Below, piece by piece: positions 61,736-64,000 of a stretch of DNA of 64,000 nt. The notes under the pieces were generated by a model that saw only the letters and a list, made by a program, of their open reading frames with translations, made no database searches and was not told the origin of the DNA. The stretch comes from Eutreptiella sp. 'Long Island Sound 2002' (Eukaryota > Protista > Euglenida): positions 168,516,001 through 168,580,000 of the forward strand of contig OZ038378.1 in the NCBI GenBank assembly GCA_964036045.1, written 5' to 3'. How positions within the stretch are numbered: position 1 is the first letter of the stretch; each line of letters opens with the position of its first letter. A program made the position numbers and the translations under genes.

Positions 61736-63508
61736 GTCCCTTTCTTTGCCACGGCGTGTGAGGATTGCCTGCAAGTCTTTGTCAGGGGATAGGGCAGGTC
61801 TGTGCTGGTAAATGTGCTGGTCTTCCCCAGCCTATTGCAGTTGACCTCGTCGCGCCTCAGTTTTACACTAAACACGTTGCTGGGCTGTACCTCTTTGCAA
61901 GTGCTAATCGCATGGCGAAGGGTTTGGAGAGGTTTCAGGTTTCTCAAGATAACAAAAGAATGCTTGCCAAGACTACGTGCATCCCCGCCCCGTTTATTTT
62001 CACGCATCAGAATAATATCACGTGGTGCAGTTTGTTCTATTTTATGCTGTTTTACACCCTGTCCTGCTGCATGGAACCCAGCAGGGGCAAAGTACAGGTG
62101 GTCAGAATAATACCACGAGCGTGATAATAGAATGGGAAGGGGTTTAGTACTATTGGACAGGGTTACTAGGGTTGCATTCAAAGGGGGCGGGTGTACTCAG
62201 GCTGTGATCCAGCCGTTCTCTTTCTTTCCCAATTGCAACCCCCCCCCCTTCCCGCCAGAACCCCACCAACCCCCTGCAATTGCCCTCCTGACAAGGAGGG
62301 GGTGAAAGCTTGTGGTGTGAATGCCAACTGGCCCACCAAATCCTTGAAAAGCGTCCTTTTTTGCTTTCAAGTGCAAAGGGGTCATATGGAACGTGGAGGA
62401 TGACAACAGACATGCATCAGCAGGGGATGAGCGCAGGGCAGCGTGTCCGTGCTGCGTGAGGCTTGCCCAAAGATGTGGATGTCATTGGATCGCGGTTTTG
62501 GGTGCGGCTGAGCCCTTCACCCATACGTTGACGAAGTGGATGTGTATTGTTGAGCCCTTGCCTGCGGTGCCCTCTTGCTGTTCTATTTGTCCCACGGCTC
62601 GCTCAGCCATCAGAGGTCGACCCTGTGGCAGCACTGAGTCTTGTGGCTGTGAAGAATCCCTGGATTTTGTGTGGTAAATTTCGCGGACACCCAGAAATGT
62701 TGTGGTGTGTGGGCTTTCCAGGCTTGGCGAATTGGTGAAGCCAAGCCACAGGTGCCACTCACAATGCAAGGGAGACCCATCTGCCACACTCTGCCAGTGA
62801 TGAGGGTCAAGTGGGTCTCAGGTCCTGACATGTGTTTGAACTTTGACAGTGGGATTTGACTTACACCCCTGGCAAAAGCAACTGCAACTACTCCCTGCAA
62901 AGGACCTGAACTGAATGTTATACCTCATTCTCCGGAGCACTTTTACGGACCAAAAACCGTTCCATGAGACAGGGGCTGAATGAACTGGGAGTGCAGACAA
63001 TCCTCATGGCGGTTTAGAGCTGAAACAGTGGTGCACAAGCAAAGAGTGCCCGATAGGGCCCCCCCTCGCGGGGTACCTGTAGCAAAGAGTGTATCAACCC
63101 CCACCGGAGTCCACAGTATCTGCCGCTAGTGTGCGGTAAATTTTGCAAAAGCCCCTGGATTTGCATGGGAAATTTTGCGGCTAATTTGAAACTTGAAGTT
63201 TCCCACACGAACTTGACTAACCTCGAAATCCCCCCCTTGTATGAACATTCCAGAGCGCTTTGAAGGGGGGGGTTGCTGGCAGACCCGGGCAGATGCGTTG
63301 CAGCGACACATGGCAAGGGAGGCAGACAACCAAGCGAGCCTTGGGGATGTAAACCTGACATCCGAACGTCCGGGCCCACACCCTTTTGCCAAAACCCATT
63401 ATGAGGCCCCGTCATAACATAGTTTCAGTGTCAACAGTGAAACCAATTCAGCAAAAGAATTTGTTGTACGGCATCGTGGTCTATGAAGACACCTCTGTCC
63501 ACCACTAG

Positions 63509-63614
63509 AGATTGTCATGCGTCACTTGTGCGGGGTGCTACATTTTGACACTGAGAGTTTGCAGCAAACACAGCAGACTTTCACTGTCAACATTGAAGCT
63601 CTTCGTACATGGAG
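63509..63614 (+). CDS. Candidate downstream exon of the SAM/bestrophin-like gene
   Basis: AG-bounded open frame EIVMRHLCGVLHFDTESLQQTQQTFTVNIEALRTWR ending at a GT; linkage to upstream exons not resolved. Confidence 0.3.
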
Positions 63615-64000
63615 GTTTGTGCAGGTGTGTGGCATATTGAGGGCCTGCCATGCGGCCAATAGGAGTTTAGGATGGCTAGTAGCACTGACTGGTCTTGTCT
63701 ACCCTATGCTCCAGGAAATTGGTGGAATCACCACATGGTCACTAGAAAGGCACCAAACGTGATCAAAAACTACTTCTTTGGTGACATTTTGTAACCACCT
63801 GGTGGCCTATTGCACCACCACATGGTCACCCACTTGAGAAGGTGACAACCCCTTCCGTCTTCAGCCGTCTTCAGGTGAGGGCACGTTGGGAATTGATCCA
63901 GCATCCCCCTAGCTAAAGATAGGAGTAGGAACCACTAGACCAAAGCATTCCTGTACTCCAATTGCGGTTCCAAATTTCAGTGTTTCACGTCCACTATCTC

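Noticed and set aside
61800-61940. Exon following ...ARREQ (e.g. FYTKHVAGLYLFASA)
   Set aside because: Several alternative AG/GT pairs fit and none clearly matches the expected continuation, so it was left out of the model.

Overview
Eukaryotic (protist-like, possibly euglenozoan; inference only) genomic window with canonical GT-AG introns, many G/C runs and abundant transposon debris. Three host-type genes are visible. (1) A giant intronless secreted adhesin/lectin-like mosaic gene on the minus strand (18523 to 4076, about 4,800 codons: signal peptide, unassigned beta-rich N-terminal region, HYR, galactose-binding-like, EGF, PAN, SUEL/Gal-lectin, Sushi-like and TSP1 modules). It is broken by exactly two in-frame stops (TAG 14900-14902; TGA 7851-7853 at a conserved Trp) and two frameshifts. 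(2) A 10-exon MINDY-1/2 deubiquitinase (minus, 47550 to about 38250) with an intact catalytic Cys/His, an MIU-like motif and polyQ tract. (3) A divergently oriented plus-strand gene (from about 51131, probably running off the window) whose phase-compatible exons join a SAM domain, a long disordered region and a bestrophin-like membrane domain. Between them lie relics: a Trf4/Cid1-type nucleotidyltransferase fragment, a tRNA-derived SINE head, a DDE_Tnp_4-type transposase with zinc finger, an intact RNase H frame inside split direct repeats, a degenerate ORF with a 2OG-Fe(II) dioxygenase motif, non-LTR zinc-finger remnants, TA-flanked MITEs, a spliced-leader-like relic and many mini/microsatellites. 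No rRNA, intact tRNA or CRISPR array was seen. All family calls are from motif recognition by eye; no searches were run.
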